Below are positions 10,242 to 20,909 of a stretch of 57,170 nucleotides of DNA, one piece after another. Under the pieces are notes generated by a model. It searched no databases. It saw nothing but the letters and a program-made list of their open reading frames with translations, and was not told the DNA's origin. The stretch is taken from NCBI GenBank assembly GCA_041179005.1, contig JBEGUG010000030.1:1-57170 (forward strand), written 5' to 3'. How positions within the stretch are numbered: the first letter of the stretch is position 1; every line of letters starts with the position of its first letter. Both the position numbers and the translations under genes were made by a program. This DNA comes from Actinomycetota bacterium. Lineage in GTDB: Bacteria > Actinomycetota > Actinomycetes > Actinomycetales > Microbacteriaceae.

Positions 10242-11717
10242 TTAGTAGCGGTAGTGGTCTACCTTGTATGGGCCCTGAACCGGAACGCCGATGTAGCGGG
10301 CCTGGTCGTTGCTCAACTCTGTTAATTCAACACCAAGAGCGCTCAAGTGCAAACGGGCCACCTTTTCGTCCAGTGTTTTAGGCAAAATGTGAACGCCAAG
10401 TTCGTACTGATCCAGCTTGGTAAAGAGCTCAATTTGAGCCAAAACCTGGTTGGCAAACGAGGTACTCATAACGAAACTTGGGTGACCGGTTGCATTTCCT
10501 AGGTTCATTAGACGACCCTCGCTGAGGATCAATACCGAACGCCCGTTAGGTAGGCGCCACTCGTGTACCTGAGGCTTGATTTCAATCTTCTCAACACCCT
10601 GGATGCGGTTGATACCAGCCATGTCAACTTCGTCATCAAAGTGCCCCACGTTGGCGATGATTGCCTGGTGCTTCATCTTCATTAGGTGCTCTGGCTTGAT
10701 GATTGCGGTGTTTCCGGTTGCAGTAACAAAGATGTCTACGGTTTCGATTACTGATTCAAGTGTTGCAACCTGATATCCATCCATGACTGCCTGCAGTGCA
10801 CAGATTGGATCAATCTCGCTCACGATTACTCGTGCACCCTGACCGCGAAGAGAATCAGCTGAGCCCTTACCTACGTCACCGTAGCCGGCAACGAAACAGG
10901 TCTTTCCGCCGATCAAGGTATCGGTCGCACGGTTTAGACCATCCGGAAGGGAATGGCGAATTCCGTACTTGTTGTCGAACTTTGATTTAGTTACCGAGTC
11001 ATTCACGTTAATTGCCGGGAACAAAAGTTCGCCGCGCTTGTGGAATTCGTAAAGTCGGTGAACACCGGTGGTGGTCTCTTCTGTAACACCCTTAATCTCA
11101 GCTGCGATGCGAGTGAAACGGGTTGGGTCTTCCTTTAGTGACTTGCGAAGCAAGTCAAGAATTACCGCATACTCTTCGCTGTCATCGGCACCGGTGGCTG
11201 GAACTGAACCTGAAAGTTCGAATTCACGACCCTTGTGAACTAGAAGTGTTGCGTCGCCACCGTCATCGAGAATCATATTTGGGCCGGTGTAGTTTTCGCC
11301 AGCTGCTTCGGCTTCTGAAGACCAGTCAAAGATGCGATCGGTGCACCACCAGTATTCCTCTAGCGATTCACCCTTCCAAGCAAATACCGGAGTACCCGAT
11401 GGGTTTTGAATTGAACCGTGCGGTCCAACTACAACCGCAGCAGCTGCCTCGTCTTGGGTTGAGAAAATGTTGCAAGATGCCCAGCGAACCTGAGCACCCA
11501 GTGCAACCAAAGTTTCAATAAGAATCGCGGTCTGCACAGTCATGTGCAATGAACCGGTGATGCGCGCACCCTTAAGCGGTTGCGATGCAGAAAATTCTGC
11601 GCGAAGTGCCATCAGTCCTGGCATTTCGTTTTCTGCCAAGCGAATCTGGTGACGACCAGCCTCGGCTAGTGCGAGGTCTGCAACTTTGAAATCAAATGCT
11701 GTGATGGTTTTTGACAA
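10242..11717 (-). CDS. ahcY: Adenosylhomocysteinase
   Basis: [28 protein letters not shown] and GYGDVGKG motifs. Confidence 0.99.
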   Translation of the reverse strand: MSKTITAFDFKVADLALAEAGRHQIRLAENEMPGLMALRAEFSASQPLKGARITGSLHMTVQTAILIETLVALGAQVRWASCNIFSTQDEAAAAVVVGPHGSIQNPSGTPVFAWKGESLEEYWWCTDRIFDWSSEAEAAGENYTGPNMILDDGGDATLLVHKGREFELSGSVPATGADDSEEYAVILDLLRKSLKEDPTRFTRIAAEIKGVTEETTTGVHRLYEFHKRGELLFPAINVNDSVTKSKFDNKYGIRHSLPDGLNRATDTLIGGKTCFVAGYGDVGKGSADSLRGQGARVIVSEIDPICALQAVMDGYQVATLESVIETVDIFVTATGNTAIIKPEHLMKMKHQAIIANVGHFDDEVDMAGINRIQGVEKIEIKPQVHEWRLPNGRSVLILSEGRLMNLGNATGHPSFVMSTSFANQVLAQIELFTKLDQYELGVHILPKTLDEKVARLHLSALGVELTELSNDQARYIGVPVQGPYKVDHYRY

Positions 11718-11722
11718 TTGGC

Positions 11723-13141
11723 TTACGCTTTCTGCTGGATGAGGTTTAGAACCTCGTCACGAATCTGGGTCATCTTGGCTTCGGATGAAGCTTCGACATT
11801 TAAACGCAGTAGCGGTTCGGTGTTCGAAGCACGAACGTTGAACCACCACCATGAACCAGCTTCGGCAGGCTTGCCTTTTGCTGTGATGCCGTCGAACTCG
11901 TCAAAGTCGGCACGGTCTGCAAATGCAGACTGCACGCGCGCCTTGGCTGCCGCGACATCTGAGACGGTCGAGTTGATTTCGCCGCTCAAGTAATAAGGAT
12001 TGTACTTTTTCGCAAATTCCGAAAGAGGCTGATCTTGCGACCCATACTCTGCCAACACATGCATGGCCGCCAACATTCCGTTATCGGCACCCCAAAAATC
12101 ACGGAAATAGTAGTGAGCCGAGTGCTCGCCTCCAAAAATGGCATTTGTGGCAGCCATTTGGTCCTTGATGAGTGAGTGGCCGACCTTCGTTTTGACCGGA
12201 CGTGCCCCGTCGGCCTCAATAACCTCTTCGACCACACGTGAGGTCAATAGATTGTGCAGCACGGTGATCTGGGCTCCAGGGTTGGTGCGCTTCTCTCGTG
12301 CAATCTCTCGGTGGGCAACAATTGCGGCAACAGCCGAAGGCGTTACGGGCTGCCCCTTCTCATCAATCACGAAACAGCGGTCCGCGTCTCCGTCAAAGGC
12401 AAGCCCGATGTCCGCACCATGCTCAAGAACGGCTTGCTGCAAGTCAACGAGGTTCTTTGGATCTAGTGGGTTTGCTTCGTGGTTTGGGAAAGTTCCGTCC
12501 AGCTCAAAATACATGGGGATGATTTCCAACGGAAGCTTAGGCAAATCGCTAGCTCGCCCAAGAACCGCAGGTACGGTCATTCCACCCATGCCATTGGCAA
12601 CATCCACAACAACTTTGAGCGGACGTATCCCCGAGAGGTCAACCAGCTCGCGCAAATAACTGGCGTATTGAGCCAGGATGTGCATTTCACGGAAACTACC
12701 CGTGTTCGGCACCGCATCAATTCCATTTTCAATGTAAACCTTCGCGCGATCACGAATAGCGGCAAGTCCAGTGTCCATGCTGATGCCACGTGCGCCCGCT
12801 CTTGAAAATTTGATGCCGTTGTAGGCGGCTGGGTTGTGACTGGCTGTGAACATTGCTGCGGGAGCATTCAAGATGCCTGAAGCAAAGTAGCTCTCGTCGG
12901 TTGAGCAGAGACCGATTGAAACAATGTTGGCGCCACGAGCTTGCGCTCCTGCTGCAAAGGCATCGGCAAACTCAGGTGACGAGTCTCGCATGTCGTGGCC
13001 GACCACAACATCTTGTCCGGCTGCACCCAACTCATCAACAAAACCGGCAGCCAAAGCTGAAACGATTTCTGTTGTGAGAGATTTGCCAACTAAACCACGC
13101 ACGTCATAGGTTTTGACGATTGCGTCCCAATCAATATTCAT
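11723..13141 (-). CDS. manB: Phosphomannomutase/phosphoglucomutase
   Basis: TASHNP, FDGDADR and GGEHSAH motifs. Start set to ATG 13141, 7 nt after TAAACT. Confidence 0.95.
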   Translation of the reverse strand: MNIDWDAIVKTYDVRGLVGKSLTTEIVSALAAGFVDELGAAGQDVVVGHDMRDSSPEFADAFAAGAQARGANIVSIGLCSTDESYFASGILNAPAAMFTASHNPAAYNGIKFSRAGARGISMDTGLAAIRDRAKVYIENGIDAVPNTGSFREMHILAQYASYLRELVDLSGIRPLKVVVDVANGMGGMTVPAVLGRASDLPKLPLEIIPMYFELDGTFPNHEANPLDPKNLVDLQQAVLEHGADIGLAFDGDADRCFVIDEKGQPVTPSAVAAIVAHREIAREKRTNPGAQITVLHNLLTSRVVEEVIEADGARPVKTKVGHSLIKDQMAATNAIFGGEHSAHYYFRDFWGADNGMLAAMHVLAEYGSQDQPLSEFAKKYNPYYLSGEINSTVSDVAAAKARVQSAFADRADFDEFDGITAKGKPAEAGSWWWFNVRASNTEPLLRLNVEASSEAKMTQIRDEVLNLIQQKA

Positions 13142-13194
13142 TGACCCAAGTTTACCAAGAGCCATAGGGCCAGCCTGGTCAATACACTTGAGCC

Positions 13195-13614
13195 ATGGCC
13201 GAATCAGCGAACTCTAGGGGCGTGAATAGAGACCGCCATGGGCGAGGCATTCGCCAGCCGCTGCTGAGCAACCTGCTTCGAAACAGTGGCCGGCACGGCA
13301 GCTTTGAGCAAATAGTCTCAGGCACCTGCGATTACCTAATCAATGCTTGGCCGGAAGAGCTAGCTGAGCTCAGTTGGGAAGTCCTTGATGCGCCAACCAT
13401 CAAACCGGAATCTAAAAACGTCAGGCGTTGGGCTGTAAAACGGGATCAAATGACCATCGTGATTTATCGGCTACCGATTGAACGCCTTGGCCATCATCGC
13501 CGCGTTGATCCCCTGCATGAGCGAATGCACATTGAAGAAAATGTCTTTGCAGCTGTTGGTCACCTAATCGGCAAAGACCCTTGGGATCTTGTGCCAGAGC
13601 GCTATCGCGATTAG
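13195..13614 (+). CDS. Zincin-like 'metallopeptidase family' protein (minimal metalloprotease-like), no HExxH
   Basis: RDRHGRGIR N-terminus and IVIYRLPIE motif typical of the actinobacterial family at this locus. Confidence 0.75.
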   Translation: MAESANSRGVNRDRHGRGIRQPLLSNLLRNSGRHGSFEQIVSGTCDYLINAWPEELAELSWEVLDAPTIKPESKNVRRWAVKRDQMTIVIYRLPIERLGHHRRVDPLHERMHIEENVFAAVGHLIGKDPWDLVPERYRD

Positions 13615-13636
13615 CGACTAAGTAAACCGCGCTTCT

Positions 13637-14962
13637 TTAGCGAATGTTTACGGCTATTTTTCCGCCAGCATTTTTCTGATCCAACACCGATAGGTTCGCA
13701 ACCGTTCCATCGATGTCTGTAATCAAGTTTGCGTAAACCGGTTCTTGGCTTGGCGCGAATGTATATGTTGAATTTGGGGCCACAGGTAAGACCGTAATTT
13801 TTCCAGTCTCTTCGTTGTAGATGGAAAGCTTCGAAATTCCAGCTGCTGGAATAGTTAGCTTTCGTTCGCCGGTGAATTTTTCAGCAGCAGGTATCCAGGT
13901 GAAGTCAGGCGCCGAACCGGCGGTGATGCGCGGGAGTCGCACAGCAGATTGAACTTCAACATCGGCACTTACCAGCGCGACGTAGTTTCCATCCTTCAGC
14001 CCTGGTATCTCAATATCCATAACTGAACCTGGGTTCACATTTGATCGCACCACGGTTCCAAATGTCTTGACTGTCTCGCTAAGAATCTGCACTGTGACAG
14101 TGGCGGCCTTGTCACCCGGCACAAATACTCGAAGCACTGGAACCAAGTCTTGGTAATCAGCATTTGCTGCACGCAACTTATCGGCTATTTCTGTACCGCG
14201 AATAAATACACCTGGAATCACCTGTTGCGTCGCTGCAATTGGTGATGGTGAAACGTAATCCACGCCACCCGCTGATAATCCTCGAACTGTGCGCTGTTGA
14301 ATCCAGGCCGCAACCGCTCCGCCCTTGGCAGACACATGCGTCATGAAGCTCTTTGTTTTTGGCACGATTCCAGAAAGCGGCACGACTGTGGTCTTGCCGG
14401 CGACCACCGCGATTCCGTTTAGCCCAGGGGCATCAACCGAACCCGCCTCAGAAAAAATTTCAAGGCTCACAGTTGCATCAACCTGCGAGGTGTTCCTAAG
14501 AATCAGCAAGGCCTCACGCCCGGTTGTGGTTGCGCCACCCAAGAGCCAAACATCGTTGGATGGCAGTTGGCAATTGGTTGCAGCTAAGCCCCTGAGAGTG
14601 GCTCCGGCGGCGTTTTGATACTGACTTGCGTTCAAGAGAGCCGAGCCCTGCTCAACCAAACCTGAATTAGACACGACGCTGAAAACTCCATCGGTAGCCG
14701 TGACGGATGCGTCAGAACCACCGTTGAACTGACTTGAATAAGAGACGTTGCCAACGTGTGCGAAGTTGCCCAGCGTGGTGCCACTGGCTCCGCCGGCCTT
14801 GAAGAGAGCACCTGGGCAAACCAACTTGAGGTCTCGCGCTTTGACATCAAATGCAGCGGCTTCAGGAACGTTTCCGATGCGCAAATCAAAACTTGGAGTC
14901 AGCAGTGTGCCGCCAACGAGTGCCGCAAGAACAACTAACAAGATTGCAATTTTCTTAATCAT
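13637..14962 (-). CDS. DUF5719-like secreted/membrane-anchored protein
   Basis: N-terminal TM, 'LVCPG', 'GLAATNC..P..DVWLLGGATTTGR..LILRN'; coupled to the upstream GT2. Confidence 0.75.
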   Translation of the reverse strand: MIKKIAILLVVLAALVGGTLLTPSFDLRIGNVPEAAAFDVKARDLKLVCPGALFKAGGASGTTLGNFAHVGNVSYSSQFNGGSDASVTATDGVFSVVSNSGLVEQGSALLNASQYQNAAGATLRGLAATNCQLPSNDVWLLGGATTTGREALLILRNTSQVDATVSLEIFSEAGSVDAPGLNGIAVVAGKTTVVPLSGIVPKTKSFMTHVSAKGGAVAAWIQQRTVRGLSAGGVDYVSPSPIAATQQVIPGVFIRGTEIADKLRAANADYQDLVPVLRVFVPGDKAATVTVQILSETVKTFGTVVRSNVNPGSVMDIEIPGLKDGNYVALVSADVEVQSAVRLPRITAGSAPDFTWIPAAEKFTGERKLTIPAAGISKLSIYNEETGKITVLPVAPNSTYTFAPSQEPVYANLITDIDGTVANLSVLDQKNAGGKIAVNIR

Positions 14963-17820
14963 TAGTTCTCTTCACCCGCCTCTACGAAAATTTGACTGTC
15001 GCCGGTTACTCTTCGGCGCTGGTTAGTGCTTGGAATAGCAAGAAGCACAAAACCAAACAACACCGATAGCTGGACAACCTTGGTAATCGACCAAGGAGAT
15101 TCGGATTTAATTCCCGCATTCAACAACTCTTGATTAGGTGTTCGTACACGCCAAAGTCTGCCGGAGTCCGTTGCCCCGACTGCCTCTAGTTCCTTAATGG
15201 AATCAAGTGAGATGCCAAGCTGAGCGGCAATTGCGGTTTTTTGATCTGGAACAAGCACGTAGCCAAGACCGGCATCATCGATGGCTCGCTGCAAGTCACT
15301 TCCGTTTGCTGACGCGAGGTCGGCAACGAGTTGAGCAATTTGGTTGTACTCGGACTCGCGCTCTTTCTTGATGTCGGCCAACGCAAATCTATAACTAAGA
15401 CTGACATCCTCTAACTGCACACCATCGCCCGAAACTACTTCGGCACCAAACGCAATCGATCCATTGGGATCGACTTCTGGATTAATCACAAGCATCTTTA
15501 GTGCACTGCCCTGGTCAGCTTCGGCAGCAACGATGGATGGCACGACGCGACCATCGGTGTAATTAAGTTGTGGATTGATAGTTGCGGCAAGAAAAACAGA
15601 CGGAGCCAAACTCAACAAGGCTAGGAAAAATCCGATAAGTCTTCGAGCGCCTTTGCGCGTTATGGAATTTAACCCAAGAGCAAAAAGAACTGCAACGCAG
15701 AGCCCAAAAATCGCCAGCAGCACCGCCGGCGAGCCATTTACATAATCGGTAGATCTTGAGGTTGAACCAACGCCAACTGCTGCAAACGAGAAGCTACTCA
15801 CCAGCCAGGCCAGGGCCACGGCCGCCATTGCAGCAATCCAAAGCACGAAAGCCACAGCCCAGCGTTTGCCAACTAGGGCAAGCAGGGCAACGAGTAAGAC
15901 TGGCACCAGCAGCCAATTAGAAAACTCTTGAATCAGCGGAAGCCTTGGACCAAATGCCTCGCCGCCAAGCATCAACTGCCAGATCGGAAGTTGTGCGCTT
16001 TGCTGCGGTAAGCCGGGGTCGGCCAGGAGAGCGAGTGGCTTGAAGATGCCAACAATGTAGTAGAGCACGGTTGGCCCAAAGACTGCTGCGGTTGGCAACG
16101 GAACCCAAATCAGGAAACCAAATTTTCTGATCCGCGCAAAAATTACCAGCCCAAGTGCAATCAAAAGTATTGGTGCCGCATTTGGAGCACTGGCAGAAAC
16201 CACAAACAGCAGCAGTCCAGAAAGGGCTACCCAGGACCATGTCTGTGTAGAGAAATTCGCTTTACCTATTCCTGCAGCTCGCGCTACCGCAAAGACCAAC
16301 CAAGGCAAAGCAATTTGCGCAATCAGTGCAGGAATGCGAGTCTCCTGCTGAACGAACAGCAGTGTTGGCCAAAGTGCGAAGACCAGGGCTGAAGAGTTTC
16401 TAACAAAGCTTGAGTCGCTGAACATGGCAGTCACTCGCCAGGCCCCCGCGAAGGCAACCGACTTTGATACCAATAGCAAAATTGAAAGAGACAGCGATGG
16501 TTCCCAGAAGGTCAGTGAACCAATTGCGGTAAGCACCCACACAAAAGGATCGCTTGGGCCAAAGTAGCCGAGCCCGATTGGTTGATAGCTAGCTCCCGCT
16601 CTTGAGAAAAGCGTGATCCAAGAATCGCTCAACGGAAGCAATCCGCCACCGATGGCAGCATTACCCAAAGGCCAAAAAATGTAACTGATCGCTGTCAGTG
16701 CTGCAGCAATCCAAATTGCACCCGATGCTACAAAGCCGTTGGTGCCAGTAGTCTCTTCAACTTCAAAGTCTCCTCGGGCGAAAGCCGCCAGAGTTGCTTC
16801 GCTCTGTTCGCGCTCAAGTTGTGCTCGGTTTGAATTTCTAACCTGAGGCCAAGTTGCTCGAAGTGATCTAAGTTTTGAGAATTTTATGGAACTTGTTTTA
16901 GCAATAAGAGATCTGCTTGAGAGGCGGCGAGCAATGGTGAAGAAACCCCAGAGCGAGGCACTTATCTCAGACCAAATGCGATCCGGTCGTTTAGCCGCTA
17001 GGCGGCCAATCGCCCTAACCAAGCCAATCGCGGGCAATAGTGCCCAAAACAAAATAGCCAGCGGCAGTGGTGCAAATGCCAACCGCAGGTGAATAGCGCT
17101 GCGCCTTAGCGCAGCCTTTGGTGAAGTATCTAGCCAGCGGCGCGGTCGCTTACCGCGCATTGAAAGCGAAGCGTGTGCAACCTTGGCTTGCGGAACAACA
17201 ATCACGCGATAGCCGGCCATGCGCGTTCTGATTGAGAAGTCAAAGTCGGCAGCTAACTCCGGCGCCGCAGGACTAAACCCATCCAACTGCTTGAGCAAAT
17301 CAAAGCGAATCAATGCAGCAGCCGTGCCGACAGCTAATACGTCATCTGCATCATCGTGTTGCGATTGATCTAATTCGCCAGAAACTAATGAAAACAAATC
17401 GCCAAGTGGCGTAAGCGTCAGCCCCAATTGACTAACGACTCGTTGGTCGTCCCAATCTAAAAGTTTTGGACCGGCCAGCGCAACAGATGGCGAAAGTTCT
17501 ACTGCGCGAAGCAGATTTTCTAAAGCATCTTCATCAGGAGCGCTGTCTTCGTGCAGCAACCAAACCCAGTTGGTTTCTTGAATTTGTTTCATCGCAAAAG
17601 CTAGAGAGTTTGCGAGCGAGTACTTTGGCGAAAGTCTGTGGAATTCTGTTATTCCAAAATTAGTTGCGACCTGTTGACACTCATCGTTGGTTGAAGTGTC
17701 AATTACCAAGATGCGTTCAGCAGAATATGTTTGCGTTTTTACCGCTTGCAACGTTGCGGTTAAGAATTCTGGTGCGTCGTGTGAAATTACGACGGCTACT
17801 ACAGAAGGTTTCATGATCAA
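14962..17820 (-). CDS. Glycosyltransferase family 2 with large multi-TM C-terminal domain
   Basis: GT-A domain (WVWLLHEDSAP, AGPKLLDW) followed by about a dozen hydrophobic helices; typical gene downstream of whiB. Confidence 0.9.
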   Translation of the reverse strand: MIMKPSVVAVVISHDAPEFLTATLQAVKTQTYSAERILVIDTSTNDECQQVATNFGITEFHRLSPKYSLANSLAFAMKQIQETNWVWLLHEDSAPDEDALENLLRAVELSPSVALAGPKLLDWDDQRVVSQLGLTLTPLGDLFSLVSGELDQSQHDDADDVLAVGTAAALIRFDLLKQLDGFSPAAPELAADFDFSIRTRMAGYRVIVVPQAKVAHASLSMRGKRPRRWLDTSPKAALRRSAIHLRLAFAPLPLAILFWALLPAIGLVRAIGRLAAKRPDRIWSEISASLWGFFTIARRLSSRSLIAKTSSIKFSKLRSLRATWPQVRNSNRAQLEREQSEATLAAFARGDFEVEETTGTNGFVASGAIWIAAALTAISYIFWPLGNAAIGGGLLPLSDSWITLFSRAGASYQPIGLGYFGPSDPFVWVLTAIGSLTFWEPSLSLSILLLVSKSVAFAGAWRVTAMFSDSSFVRNSSALVFALWPTLLFVQQETRIPALIAQIALPWLVFAVARAAGIGKANFSTQTWSWVALSGLLLFVVSASAPNAAPILLIALGLVIFARIRKFGFLIWVPLPTAAVFGPTVLYYIVGIFKPLALLADPGLPQQSAQLPIWQLMLGGEAFGPRLPLIQEFSNWLLVPVLLVALLALVGKRWAVAFVLWIAAMAAVALAWLVSSFSFAAVGVGSTSRSTDYVNGSPAVLLAIFGLCVAVLFALGLNSITRKGARRLIGFFLALLSLAPSVFLAATINPQLNYTDGRVVPSIVAAEADQGSALKMLVINPEVDPNGSIAFGAEVVSGDGVQLEDVSLSYRFALADIKKERESEYNQIAQLVADLASANGSDLQRAIDDAGLGYVLVPDQKTAIAAQLGISLDSIKELEAVGATDSGRLWRVRTPNQELLNAGIKSESPWSITKVVQLSVLFGFVLLAIPSTNQRRRVTGDSQIFVEAGEEN

Positions 17821-17838
17821 CGGCCTTAAGCCGTGAGG

Positions 17839-18144
17839 TTACGCGCGCTTCTTAAGCTTGCGACGCTCGCGCTCTGACAATCCACCCCAGATACCAAAAC
17901 GCTCATCGTTTGCAAGTGCGTACTCAAGACATTCAGCCTTTACTTCGCAACCTGAACAAATTCGTTTTGCATCTCTTGTTGAACCACCCTTTTCAGGGAA
18001 GAAAGCTTCTGGGTCTGTCTGTGAGCAAAGCGCATCAGCTTGCCATGACAGTGGATCGTTTTCAGGATCCGAATATGCCCCCGCGACACCAAGTCGAATT
18101 GGATCGATAAACCAGTTCTCTGGCACACGATTACGACTGTCCAT
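17839..18144 (-). CDS. whiB: WhiB family Fe-S transcription factor (WhiB/WhiB2 type)
   Basis: WQADALCSQTDPEAFFPEKGGSTRDAKRICSGCEVKAECLEYALANDERFGIWGGLSERERR. Confidence 0.98.
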   Translation of the reverse strand: MDSRNRVPENWFIDPIRLGVAGAYSDPENDPLSWQADALCSQTDPEAFFPEKGGSTRDAKRICSGCEVKAECLEYALANDERFGIWGGLSERERRKLKKRA

Positions 18145-18220
18145 AACTACATTCCCTATTCCGAGTCCCCGCGCGTAAGTAAACGCTTACGGGAATTCTA
18201 TGGATAATTCCTTGGTTGTA

Positions 18221-18250
18221 ATTACACTCTTGTAGTTCGGTCCGTGTCAA
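18221..18250 (-). promoter_or_regulatory. Housekeeping-sigma promoter of whiB
   Basis: Minus strand TTGACA (18250-18245), 18-nt spacer, TGTAAT (18226-18221). Confidence 0.7.
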
Positions 18251-18288
18251 GTCGAGATTTGCCAACCCTAAGGGGCCGAATGAGGCTT

Positions 18289-19443
18289 TTAGACCGCAGA
18301 AGTGGCCAAAAAGGCCGTTCCGCTGCCTGATATCGTGAAAAACTTCGCTTCAGAGGACATATAAGCCGCCTCTCCACGACGCAAAATAACACGTTCTTCG
18401 AGGCTATTACTTAGGGAAATCTCCCCCGCTGTGCAGAGAATTACCGACTCACCAGGCATGCTCAAATCGGCCAAAACTCGGTCGCCGCTCGGTTCAGCTT
18501 TGTAGAGCAGAAACGCATCGGTGTTGCACGGGTATTCAATCAGGCCCTGAACAACCTCGCGCGGTGTCACCGGCGCAATTTTGCCCGCGCGGAAATCAAC
18601 GACTCTTTCCAATTCATCAACATCGATATGTTTTGGGGTCAGTCCACCGCGCAAAACATTGTCGGACGCGGCCATAACTTCAACGCCCAAACCGCTCAGG
18701 TAGGCGTGCACGTTTCCGGCATCCAAAAACAGTGCTTGCCCCGGCTCCAGAAATACGTGATTCATCAGTAGCGCAAGAATCACTCCCGGATCTCCCGGAT
18801 AAAGCAGGTTCAATCTTTCGGCCAATGCAAACCGTGCTTCAAAATCTGCCATCGCGGTCAGCTCCGCAGTGAACCCATCAAGGTTTCCCTTGCGATGACT
18901 AATGTCAGTAAAGACCTTCTTTAGGCCATCTGTTTCGTGAAGCAACTTTCTCCAGTTGGCCGACATGGTTCTAAAACCCTCTGAAACACCTGTGTGGGTC
19001 TCCATGTCTTCAAGCAGTGCATCAATCTCATCAATTGGCTTGAATCCGCAAAGCGCTTCAAATTCCGAGAGTGCAACGATGATCTCTGGTTTAGGTTGGT
19101 CGTCCTTGTAATTTCGGTTATTGGCATCCACCGCAATGCCCTGAGAATTCTCGCGTTCAAACCCGGCCTTGGCCTGGGCACTGTTTGGATGCGCCTGAAT
19201 TGAAAGCGGCTGATCGGCCGCCAAAATCTTCATCAAGAAATTGAGCTGTTGTCCGCCGAGCTCGGATGCCAAAGTTTTTTCAGGATTTTCTGCCAACACC
19301 GATGGGCTGCCCGGATGTGTGCCAAACCAGATTTCGGCCATTGGCTCGTTGGTGGCAGGAATTTGCGGACCAAAATAATCGGCAATCAAAGTGCGCGAAC
19401 CCCAGGCGTAGTTACGCGGTTGATTTGCGATCTTGACTAACAA
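18289..19443 (-). CDS. manA: Mannose-6-phosphate isomerase, class I
   Basis: YAWGS, AEIWFGTHP, LSIQAHP, HAYLSG and EVMAASDNVLRGGLTPKHID motifs. Confidence 0.97.
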   Translation of the reverse strand: MLVKIANQPRNYAWGSRTLIADYFGPQIPATNEPMAEIWFGTHPGSPSVLAENPEKTLASELGGQQLNFLMKILAADQPLSIQAHPNSAQAKAGFERENSQGIAVDANNRNYKDDQPKPEIIVALSEFEALCGFKPIDEIDALLEDMETHTGVSEGFRTMSANWRKLLHETDGLKKVFTDISHRKGNLDGFTAELTAMADFEARFALAERLNLLYPGDPGVILALLMNHVFLEPGQALFLDAGNVHAYLSGLGVEVMAASDNVLRGGLTPKHIDVDELERVVDFRAGKIAPVTPREVVQGLIEYPCNTDAFLLYKAEPSGDRVLADLSMPGESVILCTAGEISLSNSLEERVILRRGEAAYMSSEAKFFTISGSGTAFLATSAV

Positions 19444-19544
19444 CGGGGACCCTTTCCTGTAGCGCCTCTAAGCCTAACTTTGGTCAAAGCAATTCTTGAG
19501 CAGGCAGAATTAGACTAAGTAAACCCACCCGACGGAAAGTTGCA

Positions 19545-20909
19545 ATGACTGCACTGACTAGGCCAATCCGCGTTGTTTTCAACACGCGTGAACCGGGCTA
19601 CCGTCCAAAGACCTGGGTTGCTTCACTAGGCGTATTCACCTTGATGGCCGGCGATGCCGTTAGGTACAGCATTGGTTGGTGGGGCTGGGGCTCCGTCCTC
19701 GTAATTTTGCTTTCAATTTCGCTCTACCTATTTGCGAAACAACAGCCTTCAGTGACACTTCGCGAAGTACCTTGGGCGCTCTGGGCAGTGCTGGGTTGGA
19801 TGACCTTGAGCATTATTTGGTCGGCCTACGCAGCAGTTTCTGCACTGGCGGTATTCAGCCAATTGGCTACGACTGCGTTCGCACTCTTTTTGGTTGGCAT
19901 GTTTTCATGGCGACACCTACTGAGAATTTTCTCGAATGTAATTCGGTTTGTTTTAGCGACATCGCTAATTTTTGAGTTCATTGCGGCGGCAATCATTCGC
20001 GGACCAATAGCGCCAATCTTTAAGAATTACGAAGGCGATAAACCGCCGGCCGAGGCTTACTACTGGATTCAAGGAAACCTTTTCGACGGTGATCGAATTC
20101 AAGGCATCGTTGGAAACTCAAACCTTTTGGCATTTGTTGCGATGCTGGGGGTAATTACCTTCGCCATCGAATACGCAATCATCGGTACCCAACGTTGGAT
20201 CAGCGCACTTTCATTCATCGCAGCATTTGGAACCGTACTCTTGGCTCGTTCAGCGGGTATCGGTTTTGCAATGACTGCCGTGGCTGTTGCAGCCATTGTG
20301 TCTATCGCGGCTGAAGGAAAAGATCGAGACACCAGACACAAGTACTACCGAATCGCCTGGGCCTTTGCGGGCACCGTTGGGGTTGTCGTACTTTTCTATC
20401 GCGCAGAAGTTTTTGAATTCTTTGGTAAGTCACCAGATATGACCGGCAGAAGCGGTATTTGGAAATTGGTGCTTGGTCTAATTGGCCAGCGTCCAGTGGC
20501 TGGTTGGGGCTGGACCGGGCACTGGATGCCGGGAGTTGAACCATTCGAGGGGCTTGTAGTTATCGGCAAAGTCCCCTACTACCAAGCGCACAACGCTTAC
20601 TTAGATGTCGCGATGCAGCTTGGGTTTATTGGTGCGGCACTTTTCGGAATCATGCTGCTGATCACTTTCGTAAAACTCTGGCGACTTGCGGTACGTCACA
20701 CCGTGGCACTTTACCTCTGGCCGATTTTGGTTTTCATGGGACTCGCGGTGTGGAGCCTTACCGAGAGCAGAATGCTTATTGAGATTGGCTGGGTACTTTT
20801 GATGGTTTTCGTTGTGAAAGTTAATCAGCCAGAAGAAATGCTTGAACCAAAGGGGCGTTCACCTAAGTGGGCACGCATGTTTAACGCACGCAGCAAAGCA
20901 AATCGCTAA
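19545..20909 (+). CDS. O-antigen ligase/Wzy_C family membrane protein
   Basis: Multi-TM with GIVGNSN, DMTGRSGIW, RPVAGWG and AHNAYLD motifs. Confidence 0.9.
   Translation: MTALTRPIRVVFNTREPGYRPKTWVASLGVFTLMAGDAVRYSIGWWGWGSVLVILLSISLYLFAKQQPSVTLREVPWALWAVLGWMTLSIIWSAYAAVSALAVFSQLATTAFALFLVGMFSWRHLLRIFSNVIRFVLATSLIFEFIAAAIIRGPIAPIFKNYEGDKPPAEAYYWIQGNLFDGDRIQGIVGNSNLLAFVAMLGVITFAIEYAIIGTQRWISALSFIAAFGTVLLARSAGIGFAMTAVAVAAIVSIAAEGKDRDTRHKYYRIAWAFAGTVGVVVLFYRAEVFEFFGKSPDMTGRSGIWKLVLGLIGQRPVAGWGWTGHWMPGVEPFEGLVVIGKVPYYQAHNAYLDVAMQLGFIGAALFGIMLLITFVKLWRLAVRHTVALYLWPILVFMGLAVWSLTESRMLIEIGWVLLMVFVVKVNQPEEMLEPKGRSPKWARMFNARSKANR

Noticed and set aside
19441-19452. GTCCCC next to the manA start as a target of the G-tract sRNA
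   Set aside because: Only 6-7 bp of complementarity, which is expected by chance.
2111-20909. 4-bp stop-codon overlaps of convergent genes (2111-2114, 20906-20909)
   Set aside because: An ordinary result of genome compaction.
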